64,000 nucleotides of DNA. Origin: Sarea resinae. Taxonomy: Eukaryota. Shown piece after piece: positions 37,359 to 50,385 of this stretch. Under the pieces are notes generated by a model that made no database searches, was not told the origin of the DNA, and saw only the letters and a list, made by a program, of their open reading frames with translations. The stretch covers positions 620,001 to 684,000 of the forward strand of contig JAPEUD010000003.1 of NCBI GenBank assembly GCA_026026165.1. The letters run 5' to 3'. Both the position numbers and the translations under genes were made by a program. Every line of letters begins with the position of its first letter. Within the stretch, counting starts at the first letter, position 1.

Positions 37359-37410
<52 letters not shown>
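33100..37410. repeat. Microsatellite-rich intergenic tract
   Basis: Arrays of GAGTGG, GATGTC, (AAC/GAC)n ~34073-34129, GGAT, CAGCAGA, CCGAGT, CTACT, CCTA, CTAA, GATA and (TC)n 37362-37407. Confidence 0.85.
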
Positions 37411-37413
<3 letters not shown>

Positions 37414-37604
37414 CTTGTCTGTTGAGCGCGCGCGCATATATGTGGTCACTCATCTCACACCACGAAACCTCAGCGCCGGCTCGACCAGCGCTAGGAGACC
37501 ATGAGAGAGGGACCAGGAAGGAGAAAGAGGAATGTCGGAAACGACAAACCAAGCACAGCGCTGGTCTTGGTCGAACGCAATCGAACCATCAATCAGCAAA
37601 TCAA

Positions 37605-40600
37605 TCAATCATCGTCTTCCTCTTCAGCCCCGTCTTTATTCGATGACGATGACGATGACGGCGACGACGACGATGACGAGGATGCCTTCTTCGGCTCGGC
37701 TAGCTGCGCTTTCCAGAGATCGTTTGCCCTCGCGGCATCCATGTCCTTGAAGACGAGCTTAAAGACGTCCGAGTACCAGCTTGCGGGCCGTCCTTCGATG
37801 CCCTCTTTGATGTTCTGCGAGCTTTGGTCAATACAATGAACTCAACTAGTAACAAATGCGATGCCAAGTAATGGAAAGAGGGAAAACGGAGAAAGTCCAA
37901 TTCACTCGACTCACCTCAGGCAATTCCAACCAATCGTGCATGTTGTCCGCAGGGAAGATGATCGTCTTTGCGCCCGCCCGACGCGCAGCCACTGTCTTTT
38001 CGCGCAGACCTCCGATCCGCAACACCTTGCCGGTGACGGTGAGCTCGCCGGTCATGGCGATGGTGGGGTCTAGAGGGTAGTCGAAGGCGAGAGAGAGGAG
38101 CGAGGTGGCCATCGTGATGCCGGCAGAGGGACCTAATGTGATCTACGTTAAAATCTGACGCTGGAGTTTATCCACAATATAAAGGACTTACCATCTTTCG
38201 GAACAGCACCCTCGGGACAATGCAGATGTAGTCGAGCCTTCTCGAAGAATTTGTTCTCGGGAAAGTCCTTGGCCATGACGTGCTTGGCAAACGAGTACGC
38301 AATTAAAGTCGACTCCTTCATGACGTTCTTGAGGTTTCCGGTGCGCTCTAGGCCCGGCTGAGACGACGCGTTCAACGAGTTCTCGAGGATAGATTCCACA
38401 TAAAGGGCCGCACCGCCCATTTGCGTCCAAGCAAGACCCATCGCCACACCTGGAGGAGTGATGTCGTAGAGTCGGTCGGACGTGAATACGGGAGGTCCGA
38501 CGTAGTCCTTGAGATTGTCTTTATCGATGTTAACGTGGACCGTGTCTGGTACGTTGAGGCTGACCCGGGGTTTCTCAGTCGTCTCTTTCGCGATATCCTC
38601 AGGCGTATCCTTCACGTCTGAGTCGTCCTTTGCTGCCTCTTCCAGAGCCGCCTTGCCCTCATCCGTAAGAGCCTTTTCCTCTGACAGCACATCCTCGCCT
38701 ACGTCTTGCACAATCTTCAAAGCCGACTTCCTGTAGACCTTCTCGATTTGCTTTTTGAGATTTCGCACTCCGCTTTCGCGACAGTATGACTTGATGAGCT
38801 CCGCAATGGCGTCTTCTTGTAGGTTGACGTCGACCTCCTTGAGACCACTTAGTTCTTTGGCGGCAGGAGCAAGATATCGCTGTGCGATAGCCATCTTCTC
38901 ATCCGCGACGTAACCCGAGAGCTCGATCATCTCCATACGATCGAGGAGCGGCCGCGGAATAGTATCTGTCATGTTGGCCGTGCAGACAAATAACACCTTT
39001 GAGAGATCGACAGGAACATCCATATAGTGATCGAGGAAGGAAGAGTTCTGTTCAGGGTCAAGCAATTCGAGTAAAGCAGAAGAAGGGTCACCCTGGTGCC
39101 CTCTGCCAATCTTATCGACTTCGTCGATAAGGATGAGTGGGTTCTCCGTCTGGCACTTCTTCAATGCTTGGATGATACGGCCAGGGAGAGCTCCAACGTA
39201 AGTTCGACGGTGGCCCTTGATCTCGGCGACGTCGGTCAAACCACCAACACTGAATCTATAGTACTGACGATTGAGTGCCCTGGCGATAGACTTGCCAATG
39301 CTAGTTTTACCCACACCTGGAGGACCCACGAAGCACAAAATCTTTCCTTCCACGGTGCCTCGCAGCTTTCCAACAGCAATGAACTCAAGGATGCGATCTT
39401 TGACATCTTTGAGTCCGTAGTGATCATCATCGAGTACGGTCATTGCATTCTTGATGCCAAAATTCTCGGCGCTGCGTTGGCCCCAAGGAATTTGGGTGAG
39501 CCAGTCGAGGTAATTCCTTGTGACGTTGAATTCAGAAGCAGCTGGCTCAAGGTGTGCCAGCTTGTTGATCTCTTCATCAAACACCCTTTTGACAGCTTCA
39601 GGCATGGCCAGCTTTTCGGATTTCTCCTTGAACTTCTCGACCAGCTTATCCTTTCCGTCCGATTCGATACCTAGCTCGCGGCGGATACCCTTCATCTGCT
39701 CCATGAGCCAATACTCCCTCTGGCGTTTCTGAATCTTGGCCTCGACATCTTTTGAGATCTTCGACTGGAGTTGCGCATTCATCAGCTCCTTCTTGAGGAC
39801 GACCAGGGCCTTAGCAAGTCGGGTCTCGACATTGAGCGTCTCCAGAACATCTTGTAGCTCCTTGATTTCACCGGCAGATACTGCTGCGGCGAAATCGGCC
39901 AATTTTGCAGGCTCATCGATGACATTTCCTGCGGACTGGCTCATTGAAAACGTCGAGATCTGATCACGGAACAGAGGATTGAGGTTTGCGACATCCTTGA
40001 AGACATTGACGATCTCACTGGTGTATGCTCGTATTGCGGGACTCTTCTTATCGTACTCTTCCTCACTGAGATTTTCGACGGTTACCAAGCTGACGGGGTA
40101 CTTCCTTAAAAATGCTGTTGGCTCGTATTGCTGAACGTCCTTCGATGGCTGATCCGTAGCAGATTCTTCAAAGCTGGCAACAACATCACCCTTCTTTTCC
40201 TGCGCAGTTTCCTCTTTGGCCTGCCCCTCCACTGGCTCTACTTCAGCGGTCGAGGTACCCTCCGCCTTCTTGGAGGTGCTGTCCTTTTCTCGCGTGGGCG
40301 GTATTAGGGCGGACATCTTGATCCTTCGATGGGGATAGAGCACTGCCGTCAAGCTATTCTCCTCGCCATGGACGGGGAATGCGCTGGTAATTTGCGCAAA
40401 CACACCAACGTCGTGCACGTCGTCGATGTTATCGATGACATCCTGATCCGCATTCTCGTCCTTGAACAGAAAAGCGCCAATGTAAGGCTGACCCCGCTTC
40501 ATCATCTCTTGTATAGCGGCCGAGACATTGGGGTCGCGAATGGTGACAGCCTTGTAAAAACCGGGAAATAACGGTCGCTTTGCAATCGGTATGGCCATGA

Positions 40601-41138
40601 CTTGCGGGTAGATCTCCGGAACGGTGGGCTTTTGTAGCGAGCGATCCGAAGAGCCCTTGCGACCTTTTCTGCCTCCATCCCCACTACCGGACCCGGATTC
40701 TCCTCCATTTCCACCTGCACCAGCAGCGCTCCCTCGTCCCTCAGCACTAGCCCCCGAGCCAGAACCGGGTATCGGTGTTGGATCTGGTGTCTTGCTCTTG
40801 CCTTCGACCGCATCCTCGTTACTCGGGAGATCTCGTACCTTAGTGCTGTCCTCTTTGCCCTTCTCCTTCGTTTCCTCCACAGCTTGGACATCTGGATCGG
40901 GCTTGCCCGGGGGCTTCTCTTTTCGTCTTGATGGGAACGCAGAGAACGCTTGTGACGCGCTCAAGGAGAGAGGAGCTATCCGAGGGCGATGTCGGAAGAC
41001 ATGAGCGTTTGTTCCTAAAGAACTATAGGATTGGACAGTAGAATAAGATCTATTAAGCGCAACTTGCGGTATCCTAGCAGGGCCGTTGTGCGCAGAACGC
41101 AGGAAAGCTCTCCATGGTATATTCTGACGGTAGAGCAT
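37605..41138 (-). CDS. PIM1: Mitochondrial Lon protease (3 exons)
   Basis: Presequence-like N-terminus, Lon N-domain ([10 protein letters not shown]), Walker A GPPGVGKT, Walker B LIDEVDK, catalytic PKD|GPSAG and GGLREK. Introns 38133-38191 and 37815-37914; TGA at 37605. Confidence 0.97.
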
Positions 41139-41982
41139 GCTCCAAGAGGGTGCGGCGCACTGGCATGAAGCAGAAGAACGGGCTAGAGTGAGGAAGCAGA
41201 GTTCGGACGTCCTTGGAAGGAAGAGGCGATGGCTAGGGAGACTGCGGCGGAGTGGGAAAGACGACGCGGAGATGAGGAATTCCGTGGCAGGCCGAGGACG
41301 AGGCTTGAAAAGGTAGAAAGGGTAAGGATAATATGTGGCAATGGAGAGAAGTTAGAAGTGTAGATGTGTAGATGTGTAGACGCGGTGGTTACTAAATGTA
41401 CCAGAACGATCCATGACGAATCGAATTTCGGCATCACTAGAAGGTCACCGTACCGCCGCTGACTACGGAGTACTGTTTCCGCTACCGCTTGTCCGGCAAG
41501 ATGGCAATTAATAAGCGGCCCGACCTCGATAATCAAGATGATCAAGATAATCAGGGCTTGCGGCAGGACTGTGAGTAGATCCCTAAAGTATTTAGGGATG
41601 AATAGCCCGTGCATCATTAAATATACCAGGTATCTAAGGAGTAAAAATCTATATCGTACAACCCAATAATCATGTCCTCTCTCTCCCTGAGCCCGGCTCC
41701 TGCGGCTCTCCATTTCATCATGTGCCTATAAGTTGCATCAATGAGCCCTTGACATCTCCTGCCCGCACCATCCCGCCACCCTCGCGATGAAGACTGCCAT
41801 CCTACTGATATCTGGTCTCGTTCATATCTGCCAGATACGGAAATCCGCAATGTCTCGAGCATTGCATGACGGGCCTGGACATTGCTTAAGCCCATACTGG
41901 ATGCAAATTTCGCACAGCAGGCGTTGCCAACATCAAACGAGCGAGCTCCAAAGAAGTCCTGAATACAGAACATGGGATTTAC

Positions 41983-43671
41983 TCATTCCTGTGCAGCCTT
42001 GTTGTCCTCTTCGTTGACGTCCGGTTCTTCCGTATCCGTTGGCCGTTCTGCTTCTGGTTGCTCCGGCTCGGGTTGGGGCTCAGCCTCGGACTTCGACGCC
42101 GAATCTCCTTCGGGTGCAAGGACGGCCTCAACCTCGGATTTATTGTTAGGCTTCAATTCTGGCTCGGGCTCTGGCTCAGAGGCTTGATGTGACTCAGACT
42201 GCGGTTGCTCTTCGGTGGGCTGCGGATTTTCAGTCTCCGGTGTGTCTTCGGTGGCCGGATCATGCTCTTTCGTCTCTGGGGAATCCTCCGGATCGGAAGA
42301 TGGCAACTCCTCTTGGCCTTTGGCTTCTTCCACGAGATCTGGCTTGATCTCTTCTTCTGCCAGCGGTGCCTTAGTTTTCTTCTCAACATCCTCAGCAGCA
42401 GAAACGTTGGAAGCCGACTGATCCTCCGAGTGCTCGACCTCTTCTGCCTCAGCCTGTTCTTCATCAGCCTCATCCGCCAGTTTCGTGGTCTTCAAATCAG
42501 CTGCAAGGAAAGAACTAGCGTCCTTCGCAGCCTGTGGCTGCTGGTGCTCCTCCTCAGCCTCCTCTAGCACAGCCATAAATGACGAACCAGACGAAGGGGT
42601 GGCGCGATGCCAACGAGTGGTTGCTCCCGTAGCAGTTGTAGTCGTAGATGCTCCAGTCTCATGTTCTTTCTCGCTCTCTACGTTCATTGCTTCTCCTTTC
42701 CCTTTCTTCAGGATGGATGGTGTCGGCTCCTCTTGTTTCTTTACTGCACTTGCTGCAACATCCTCGGAGTCAACGCCTTCGGCATCAGGTGGGATCGTGT
42801 AGTTGTCTTCTGGAACAAGATTATAGTCATCACAGACAGTCTTGAAAAAAACATATAGCCCCTCGTCGCCTTCGACTTCCCAGAAAACGTGACGGTGCTG
42901 GAACCAAGCGTGCGCGAAGATGCGATATAGTCGCCGAAACACATTCGTCAATTGCCGCACTCCCTGCTGAGAGCCGCCGGACTCGCTCCCTAGGGTCAAC
43001 CGGCTGGGGAAATGCTTTGGTGAAGTGAGCATGTTACCAGCCCAATCCAAGGTATGGCAGCAGTAGTCAATGGCGCAACAAGACTTGGGCGGATCGTGAA
43101 CTGCGCAAAGGTACTGCCATTCCGAAGCGCGCATTTCAGGGCAAGTCTGAGCCGAGCACGAGGGTGTGTCTGCGAAAAGATGCGTGAGGATGGTATTAAG
43201 GCGCATAGTGAGAAAGCGGCACAGTTCGTAGAGCCATAAAGAGCGCTCGACATTCGGGGGCGGCTGGGCTAATGTGTGCGCAGTGCGGCGGGTTATAGGA
43301 GTGTTGTGGTCCGAATCCGGAGGGTGGGTCAGGTGATGATGGAGTGCCTTGAGGTGTTCCTGAAGCTGAAAAGGAGAATCAAGCTGCTGAGGAGTTAATT
43401 GAGGAGCTTTGAGTGCATAGGGAGGGTGGGACAGCGGTCCTACCTTCTCCAAAGGCACCAGCGGCGGACCAGAAGCCATTTCGGTAGCCCTAGTGCCTGG
43501 CCGTATCCTCCTCGCTGCGAACGTATCATTGTTTGTCTGTCCTGCGGGATCGGTTCGACCACCGGCTGAAGTATCTCGGCCTGTGGGCGATGTCGGACCA
43601 ATTTGATCTTCGGCGAAGGGAGGGGGACTTGGAAGACGGGGAGAGCTCGAAGGAGACAAGGCGGTCGCCAT
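41983..43671 (-). CDS. MOB3: Mob3/phocein (Mob4) family STRIPAK subunit with acidic tail
   Basis: WLYELCR, CPEMRASEWQYLCAVHDPPKSCCAIDYCCHTLDW and FRRLYRIFAHAWF. Probable in-frame intron at ~43386-43442. Confidence 0.92.
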   Translation of the reverse strand: MATALSPSSSPRLPSPPPFAEDQIGPTSPTGRDTSAGGRTDPAGQTNNDTFAARRIRPGTRATEMASGPPLVPLEKVGPLSHPPYALKAPQLTPQQLDSPFQLQEHLKALHHHLTHPPDSDHNTPITRRTAHTLAQPPPNVERSLWLYELCRFLTMRLNTILTHLFADTPSCSAQTCPEMRASEWQYLCAVHDPPKSCCAIDYCCHTLDWAGNMLTSPKHFPSRLTLGSESGGSQQGVRQLTNVFRRLYRIFAHAWFQHRHVFWEVEGDEGLYVFFKTVCDDYNLVPEDNYTIPPDAEGVDSEDVAASAVKKQEEPTPSILKKGKGEAMNVESEKEHETGASTTTTATGATTRWHRATPSSGSSFMAVLEEAEEEHQQPQAAKDASSFLAADLKTTKLADEADEEQAEAEEVEHSEDQSASNVSAAEDVEKKTKAPLAEEEIKPDLVEEAKGQEELPSSDPEDSPETKEHDPATEDTPETENPQPTEEQPQSESHQASEPEPEPELKPNNKSEVEAVLAPEGDSASKSEAEPQPEPEQPEAERPTDTEEPDVNEEDNKAAQE

Positions 43672-44226
43672 GATGGGCGTGATGCGGCCGCAGCCGCTGA
43701 CTTGAATTAGGAGAGATCAGGTAAATGGATGCAGAAGGCTAGACGCTGGAGCGGGGAGACCGCCTAGAAGAAGTGAGCAGGAGGAGACGGCTGTGAGCTC
43801 TAGAGATTGTCCTGGTGAGGGAATGCGAGATGCTTGTCGATCAACACGAAAGCCTCCGCAGTGAAGAGTCGCGAATTCTGGACTCGCGCTCTGTGGAACT
43901 CCTACAGGTAGCCGAGGGTTCCAAAGGCGCATTGAGTATGAACAACAACAAATGGAGGTCGAGCACAAAGCTGATAATTCTTCAAGAACATCGGGGTCTA
44001 CGGAATCAGGTATGCCATTATTACATCAGTGTTACGGTGTGATATGCCTTCAACCCCGTTGCTATTGCTACAGCAAATCTCCCCTCTCTGCATGAACCTT
44101 TCAAACGCCGTGACCGCACCCTCTCAGCCCAACCCTGCCGGCCAAATACTCCATCGAGATCCCAGCATGTCGACCCTCAAATCCAAGGAAAAGGGAAACA
44201 TGAATTGGATCATGCTGCGGCAAAGT

Positions 44227-47200
44227 TCATCGAAGGTCTGCTGGAGTCAAGGCCTGAACGACACTCGTGCCCTCGCTAAATCTCGTCTTGAAAATCCGAT
44301 TGGCATTTTGGAACATGCCATCCTTCAAACTGACGACGATAAATTGAGAACCCTTGAATCGAGTCTTGATAAGTCGGCCAATATTCTGGGTATGCGACAG
44401 ATCCAAGGCTGCATCCACCTCATCGAGAATGTACATGGGTGCGGGCTTGAACTGGAGAAGCGCCATGATTAATGACAGAGCAATGAGTGACCTGAGCGAT
44501 ATTAGCTGATCGTGTTTTTCTTTTCTATAAATAAGGAAGATATACCGTTGTCCACCACTCAATTCGGTCAGACTTTGTTTCCAAACTTTGCCCAAGCTTA
44601 CCTTGACCTCCAGGCCATCAGAGATTGTCTTGCCCTCGGGGGGGTCGAGTTTCGCAAAACTGCCAGGTAGCAACTCGTTGAAAATCTGACCAAAGTCTCC
44701 ATTGACTTTCGACCATGTCTTTTGCAGGGCTTCCTTTTTATATTCGTCGAGACTGCTGATGGTTTCCTCGATTTTTCGCTTGTCCCTGATGACAGTTTTC
44801 ATCATGTTCTTGAGCGCGACTTCTTTCTTCTCCACGCTGTCGATCATGTTCATCACCTTCGGATTGATCTTCTTCTTCATGCCCTGGAAGCGATCCGTGA
44901 GATTTCGGAGCGAGGATTTGCATTCGGTCATGTTCTGACCCTTGAAATCATACGGCGTCCCAGAGCGGCCGAAGATATCTCTCTCGTCAGAAATCCACTC
45001 ATGCTCGCTCTCCATGTGTGCAACAGTATTGGCTGCAGCTTGTTGCTCTTTGTTAGACTTTTCAACCTGATGACCAAGCTTCTGCATCTCAAGCCCTTCC
45101 TCAGTGATGCGGGCTGCCTTCGAACGAGAGGCATCCTCTAAAGCTCGAAGCTCTTCATCAAAGCCAGTCAGCTTCGCCCGCTCGTCGTCGAGATGCGCTT
45201 GAGCAACATCATGCTCGTCCTGCTTTTGCTTAGCTCTATGTCAATTTTTGGCTGCGAAAGCTAGACTCACCTTCGCTACCGTGTGTGCTTGCTTCAGCGC
45301 CTTCACCTCTTCTTCCTGAGCGTTCAGAGTCGCGAACATTTCTTCGAGCTGCTCTTGGGCAGCTGCCAAATCTCCACCAGCTTGCTCGGATTCCAGTCTG
45401 GCATTCTGAAGTTCCTTCTGAGTATCTTTGAAGGATGCGGAGTCTTTGCTGAGGGCCTTCTTAAGCTTATCCAAGGAGCCTTGCAATTCCGCCAGCTTAT
45501 CATCTTTGTTGTTGCTGAATTCACTCATGTCTCTTTCAATTCGCTTGATATCTTTGGATGCATCTTCCTGCCGACTTTTTGCGTCTGCGATGTCTTTTTT
45601 CAATTGGAGAATATTGGCCCTCATCTCCTCTACGGCATGGATAATCTGATCCCGATTAGAAGCTTATCGAGCAATTGGTTAAGTGACTTACAGATGATGA
45701 AGAGTTGCCGTCGATTTGATCTTCAGTCAACTTGATCTCGTGGTTCTTCAGGTCCAGCTCCTGCTTCGCTTTGCGGGCTAGTTCAAGCTTCTTTTTTTCT
45801 CGTGCAATAGTATCTTGTAATGCTTTAAGCGCATTTTCCGTGCTATTCAAATTTGTGTTGAGCTCGTTCAATTTCTGAAGCGTCACTAGTACTCCACTCG
45901 AATTCGGAGAGCTACCACCAGAAAGGGTTCCCGATGGATCGTACACGTCGCCCTCGAGTGTCACACTCTTCATTCGCACAGCCGGATCGAATGTTACGCG
46001 TTTAGCCGTTTCCGCATCCTCGCAGACAAGAGTAGACCCAAAAACATAATCCATAGCTGCAGAAACCTCATCATCGTAGCCAATGAGAGTCAAAGCTAGA
46101 TCCACTTTGCCAGGAGCAAGTCTCTGTGCAGCACCAATTTTCTACAATTTGGTCAGCAAATCGATAGTGCACGATCTCGGGGTTTGCATTACCTCTGCTG
46201 ATGCCCTAAATGCTGCAATCTTGTTCAACGGAATGATCGTCACTCTCTTCCTCAACTTTCCATTCTGCAGTAGCTGGGTTCCAGTCTCTGCCGAGTCCAC
46301 AACAACATTGTAAAGTCGCCCGCCTGCACAGATTTCTAGAGCAGTACCTGCCCTGGTATGATCTTTGTCGAGCGTGAAGAGCTGTGCAACCAATCCTTTG
46401 ACCTTACTTCGGTCAAAGCTAGGAGTGGGATCTGAATAGCTGAAGTCGATATTTGCTACTTTCCGCTTCAACCCGTCTGCTTGAGTGCGGAGATCACGGA
46501 TCTGCTGCTGCAGCACTGTTTCTTGCTGATACATTTCCTCTTCCTTTCCTGCCTCGAACCCAGTTTTCTTGAGTTCGGCCTCCAATTTCTTCGCCTGCAA
46601 TCGGAGTCCCTCGAGATCCCTGAGAAGTCCAGCATTCTGCTCCTTGGCCATTTTCGCGCGCGGCTCTTCCTCTTTAATCCTTTTATCCAGATGAGCTATC
46701 TTTAATTTGCCTTGTTCTTGTTCAGTTGCGGCTGCGCTGACGCGATTACGCGCGTCTTGTAATTGTCCCTGGTATCCACTCTCTTGGCCCTCCTTGGAAG
46801 CAACACCAGTTTGTAATGTCGACAAAAGCTCTTCCTTTTTTTCTACGTCTTCGGCTAGCTTTGTCATCTCCTTCTTCGCCAGGTCGAAGCGCTCTTGAAG
46901 CTTTTCATGGATGTGCATTTTCTCCTTCAGCTGTACGTCCAGATCCTGAACCGTTTTCTGAATCTGCTTGCGCTTCTCAACCGCCTCTTTCATGCTTGAG
47001 CCTTTCAGATCTAAGACAGTACTAAGGCGTACCATCTCGTGCGAGTTTGCTTTCACCTCATCTTCGAGCGCTTGGAATTTTCCTCCCTTCCGAAGCTCTT
47101 TGTCTCTTGCAGCTTTCACTCGCTTGACATCCTCCTCGAGATATTGGATCTCGCTTTTCAGTCGAATTGCCGAGTCTTCTAGGTATTTGACTCGCTGTTG

Positions 47201-48133
47201 CTTCTGCTCCAATTCGTTCGCTGACTGCTTGAGTTTATCCTTGTTTTTCACATAGTCGTGCGCTACCACAAGTCTGGTCAGCCTCTCAAGATCACTCTGC
47301 GTCTGCTGAAAGTCAAGGAACGCCCTCTTTTCCCCTCTCAGCTTCTCAAGTTTAGGTTCGATTTCTTCCTTCAGCAGCTCCGTTATCTCCTGCACTTTCA
47401 TCTCTTTCTTTGCCATAGTCTTGAAAGCCTTATCCCTCCGATCCTCGAACATGCGGGTACCGGCCGCTTCCTCGATCATAGCCAGTATTTCAACCGCTTT
47501 CATATTCAACACTTTGGTAATTCGACCCTGCATGATGAGAAAATTCGGATTGTTGATGTTGAGCTGGACAGACTGGAAGAGATTCTGGACGGTCTGCTGT
47601 TGTGCACGGTGGCCATTGATGAGATACTTGCTAGTGCCGCCCAATACTATCTGGCGGGTCACGGAGATCTGCGCATATTCCTCGAATCCTATCGGGCTTT
47701 TCTTTTTGTCGCGATTGTCAAACACGATTGTCACACTAGCCTTAGTGACGCCAGCTTGTCCGCGCTTGTAGATGAGGTCCTGAAGGATATGAGTGTCCGC
47801 TGGATAGCACGGATGTGGAGCTCCTAGAAGCACTCACCTGGAGGTTTTGCGCCCGGACAGTGCTCATATTGGTGATGCCAAGGACGAAGCATATTGCATC
47901 GAGAATGTTGGACTTTCCGGAGCCATTGAGACCAGTAATCGAGTTGAAGCTCTCGTCCCTAGACGACGTTAGTCCACAATGTTCGGATCGTCAAAGCCTC
48001 TGGCTTGCTTACCATCCTGAAATTACCGTTCGGACAGCGTATGATTTGAAACCCTAGATCCATGGTGAGCGGCAACATCCAGTCAACATCTTAACGCTAT
48101 ACTTACATCAATGACGACTTCAACGACCCTCAT
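44227..48133 (-). CDS. SMC2: Condensin subunit Smc2 (multi-exon)
   Basis: Start [14 protein letters not shown], Walker [11 protein letters not shown], hinge region ([19 protein letters not shown]), signature LSGGQR and Walker [12 protein letters not shown]. Confidence 0.97.
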
Positions 48134-48600
48134 CTTGTCGTCGCTATGGTCGATTGTCGCGGTCGTTTCTTCGAAGGGTGAGGAATACGCGCATGTCGCA
48201 TCGGCCGCTTGATTGTTTGTTTACTGCTCGTCTACGGAGCACGCCAATCACCTATTCGCAAACGGCAAACTCCGCCGTACCACGCTCGGCTATCCCAATC
48301 TTATCGCCGCGATGTGAGGTATTCGTAACGAGTACAAAAGAAGTGCCCAAGGCGCAAAAGCCATTAATGCCCGGAATGCGGCGAGTATCAATCATGCGCA
48401 AAGTACAGCTAATGACCGGATCAAATTGAAGTGCATTGAAGATGGAGGGACAAGGTCCCAGAGGTAATATAGTCACTTGAACTCTCGATAGAATTATATT
48501 GACTCTGGTGCTGGCCACTGCTCGTGCCATCGAGCACCCAATGTATTGGCATATCATACGCTTGCCTTTGCAGCCAACGACATACACTCCTGCCCCCTGT

Positions 48601-50385
48601 TTACTCCTCCCCAACGAGGTTTTGCCCCTCGCGCAGACCCTTGACCACCAGCTCCTGACCCTCGGCACGCCGATAGATGTCCCGGATATCGTCTGCAGAT
48701 TTGTTAGTGATTCAAGACGAAGATTGCTAGATTAGTGTCTACCAGCAACTTACCAGTGACGGTCTCGAAGTGACTAGTTGCATCAAAGCTCTTCGAGATG
48801 AAGATGTTGTCGTTGACCCCACTCTCAAGCGGTTCATAGAGCGGGATGGGCGGACCCATGAATTTCTCCTTGATTTCTCCAAGCCGATCAAACCCAGGCT
48901 GCAGCTCGAGGTGGTGGTTGCTGTCCTTTTCAGCAATGGTGGAGACAATGGCGATATAATAACCCCGCGGACAAACATTATGAGCAGACGAAACCATAGC
49001 AATGTAGATATCTGTTCATGTCAGCGTTGACTAAGAGCTTTAGTAAGCATAGACTAACCGTTCTTTCTACCAACCTGCGACTGTGGGATGATGAGCTGTG
49101 CAGAGTCGCTGTTGTCGGTATTGGCCAGTGGATGGGTTATGATGCAGATAGCCCTCAGCACGTGGCCGACGACCTGTACCTTTCCAGGGAAATAGGAGGG
49201 GTCTCCGAGAAACCTTTTTGCCTTCGTCGTGAATTTCATCCCTTCACCTTCCTCGCCGCGTTCCTTCATCACTGCCTTTATTCCAACAGCCTTATTGCCT
49301 TCGTAGACGATTTCCTCAACGCTTGTGTTCAGCATGTAAGTACCACCATAGATGGCGGAGAGACGCGCGAAGCCCTGAGGGAGTTCTCCAAGACCGTACA
49401 AGGGGTAGATATAAGGCGATTTCCCATATCGTGCCATGGAGTTAACATATAGTCGGATTCTGTTCACAGTCTCCTTCGCGGTGCCCTTCTCGTTAATGTA
49501 GTCGTCCGTCAGATATAGAGCCATTGAGTGGCCAATGAAGTCACGCGTGGTTGCTTCAAGCCCGAACTTGTCATAGACTTCTTTCATTGTGCATGCATTC
49601 AGGTTCAAGCCTATAGGAAATTGTCAGTATTTGTGCATCGCGCAGGAGTCGACATATTACCGACCATTGTAAGTAGCGGTATCGTCTTCATTGAAAGCCC
49701 CGACCCACTCGAGAAACTTTTTCGCCCTTCTCTTTTCAAAGAGTCCCATCAAGGGTGACCGCAGCGCTTCGCCCGCATCTGACGGGACCTTCGCAACAGT
49801 GGCTCTTGGACCCTGGCCTTGTTGCACATAGCTTCCGGCAATCTGCTTGAACTCAAGGTATCTCGTGACATCGGTTGACACAAGGATGTTGGTCAATTCG
49901 CCGTTTGACATGAGCAATTTCGGCACCAGGTCGATGTTCCAGTCGTTCACTCTTCCGTACTTCGCCCAGGGTTCCTCGCCCTCCTTGAAGTTCCCATACT
50001 TCTTGAAAAGCTGCTCGAGGTCAGTCATCGCACTCACCCTGTGGTCGATAAGACACTGACGGTTTCAATATTGACTGAGGCACCTTCGCTACATGATATC
50101 AGTACGTCTCAACGACTAGGATGAGATAGTAAACACACCCTCCGTAATGGTCGTTGCGGTCGATGTGGAGGACCTTCTGCCCTTGAACACTCAAGACACT
50201 GACCATATCTGTCAGCACATTGGACTATATCTTTGATTGCGATAGATGATGCTACCCTGAGAGCACACATTCCGTGAGACCTGTAGGTTCCTTGGAGTCA
50301 GCTGCCAGGAAATTATTGCTCAGTGCGGGGTCGTTATACCAGTTCCAAGGACCACAACATCATATTCGGGAGCAATCTCCTCCAT
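48601..50385 (-). CDS. GDI1: Rab GDP-dissociation inhibitor (multi-exon)
   Basis: MEEIAPEYDVVVLGTG|LTECVLSG..HIDRNDHYGG, DWNIDLVPK and YPLYGLGELPQGFARLSAIYGGTYML; TAA at 48601. Confidence 0.97.
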
